From Obrimoposthia wandeli (Eukaryota), in the NCBI GenBank assembly GCA_977020255.1, contig CDROCS010003840.1, positions 248,001 through 312,000 on the forward strand: 64,000 nt of DNA. The letters run 5' to 3'. A program made the position numbers and the translations under genes. Below, piece after piece: positions 63,447-64,000 of this stretch (positions within the stretch are counted from its first letter, which is position 1; each line of letters opens with the position of its first letter). The notes under the pieces were generated by a model, which had not been told where the DNA came from, did no database searches, and worked only from the letters and a program-made list of their open reading frames with translations.

Positions 63447-64000
63447 ATGTTTCAATTTATGACATCGTCAAGGATTGTTTTTGGTGAAGGGGCGTTAATC
63501 AACTCATTCTCTACACTCAATCAATTTGGTTACAGTGTTTTATTGGTAACAGGGAAAGATAATCAGCGCTCTGAACCTTTGGTTAATTATTTAAAGCAAC
63601 AAAATATGCGTTATCAACAAGTGGCTGTATTGGGTGAGCCTCTTATTGCAATGATTGAAGAAATGGCTGCAATGGGCAGGCGTTTTCGACCTGATATGGT
63701 AATTTCTATTGGTGGTGGCAGTGTACTTGATGCAGGTAAAGCCCTTGCCGCATTGATCCCCAACCAAGGCAGTGTCTATGACTATGTGGAAGTGGTTGGA
63801 CGTAATGTACCGCTTCAAGCCAAGCCTTTGCCATTTATCGCCATTCCCACTACATCAGGAACGGGCTCTGAAGTCAGTAAAAATGCAGTGCTTCGTTCAG
63901 CCCAAGAAAATGTAAAAGTGAGCCTAAGAAGTGCTGAGATGTTGCCCGACTTAGCGATCATTGATCCGACATTAACCTATGGTATGGATCCTGTTATGTC
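63447..64000 (+). CDS. Iron-containing alcohol dehydrogenase (5' part; runs off the window end)
   Basis: MFQFMTSSRIVFGEG, IGGGSVLDAGK, IPTTSGTGSEV and IIDP motifs; GGAG RBS. Confidence 0.93.
   Translation, partial: MFQFMTSSRIVFGEGALINSFSTLNQFGYSVLLVTGKDNQRSEPLVNYLKQQNMRYQQVAVLGEPLIAMIEEMAAMGRRFRPDMVISIGGGSVLDAGKALAALIPNQGSVYDYVEVVGRNVPLQAKPLPFIAIPTTSGTGSEVSKNAVLRSAQENVKVSLRSAEMLPDLAIIDPTLTYGMDPVM

Noticed and set aside
13566-63818. Many 60-146 aa ORFs overlapping core genes (e.g. 34042-34482, 46876-47274, 48366-48728)
   Set aside because: They are antisense or off-frame shadows of well-supported genes, with no motifs or RBS.

Overview
Chromosomal segment of a Vibrionaceae bacterium, most likely Photobacterium (inferred from gene order and protein sequences). 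From about 13.3 kb to 64 kb it is mostly core genome: yfaE-nrdB-nrdA, HAD phosphatase, ubiG, gyrA, serC, blc, Nudix, aroA, cmk-rpsA-ihfB-lapAB-pyrF, sapABCDF, pspF/pspABC, ycjXF, tyrR, ogt, rimJ, pykA, hexR, SDR, M20 peptidase, TetR(PsrA-like)-fadE, fabV, a PhoPQ-like pair, ybjL, grxA and an Fe-ADH. Two regions stand out. (1) 307-13280 is an IS-rich island bracketed by two diverged copies of the 3' half of nrdB. It carries a six-gene peptide (RiPP-like) cluster: HlyC/MchD-like acyltransferase, SelO/MchC-like protein, processive-type GT2 glycosyltransferase, a 47-aa double-glycine-leader precursor missing from the ORF track (8407-8550, minus), an HlyD adaptor and a C39 peptidase ABC exporter. 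A frameshifted radical SAM gene lies nearby. (2) 50278-52043 is a tandem array of six near-identical 253-264 bp units plus one divergent unit. Each unit has a sigmaE-type promoter, VrrA/MicV/RybB-like seed motifs and its own terminator, so it looks like an amplified vrrA-like sRNA locus. No rRNA, tRNA, CRISPR array or integrase was seen. All family assignments come from motif recognition and recall; no database search was run.
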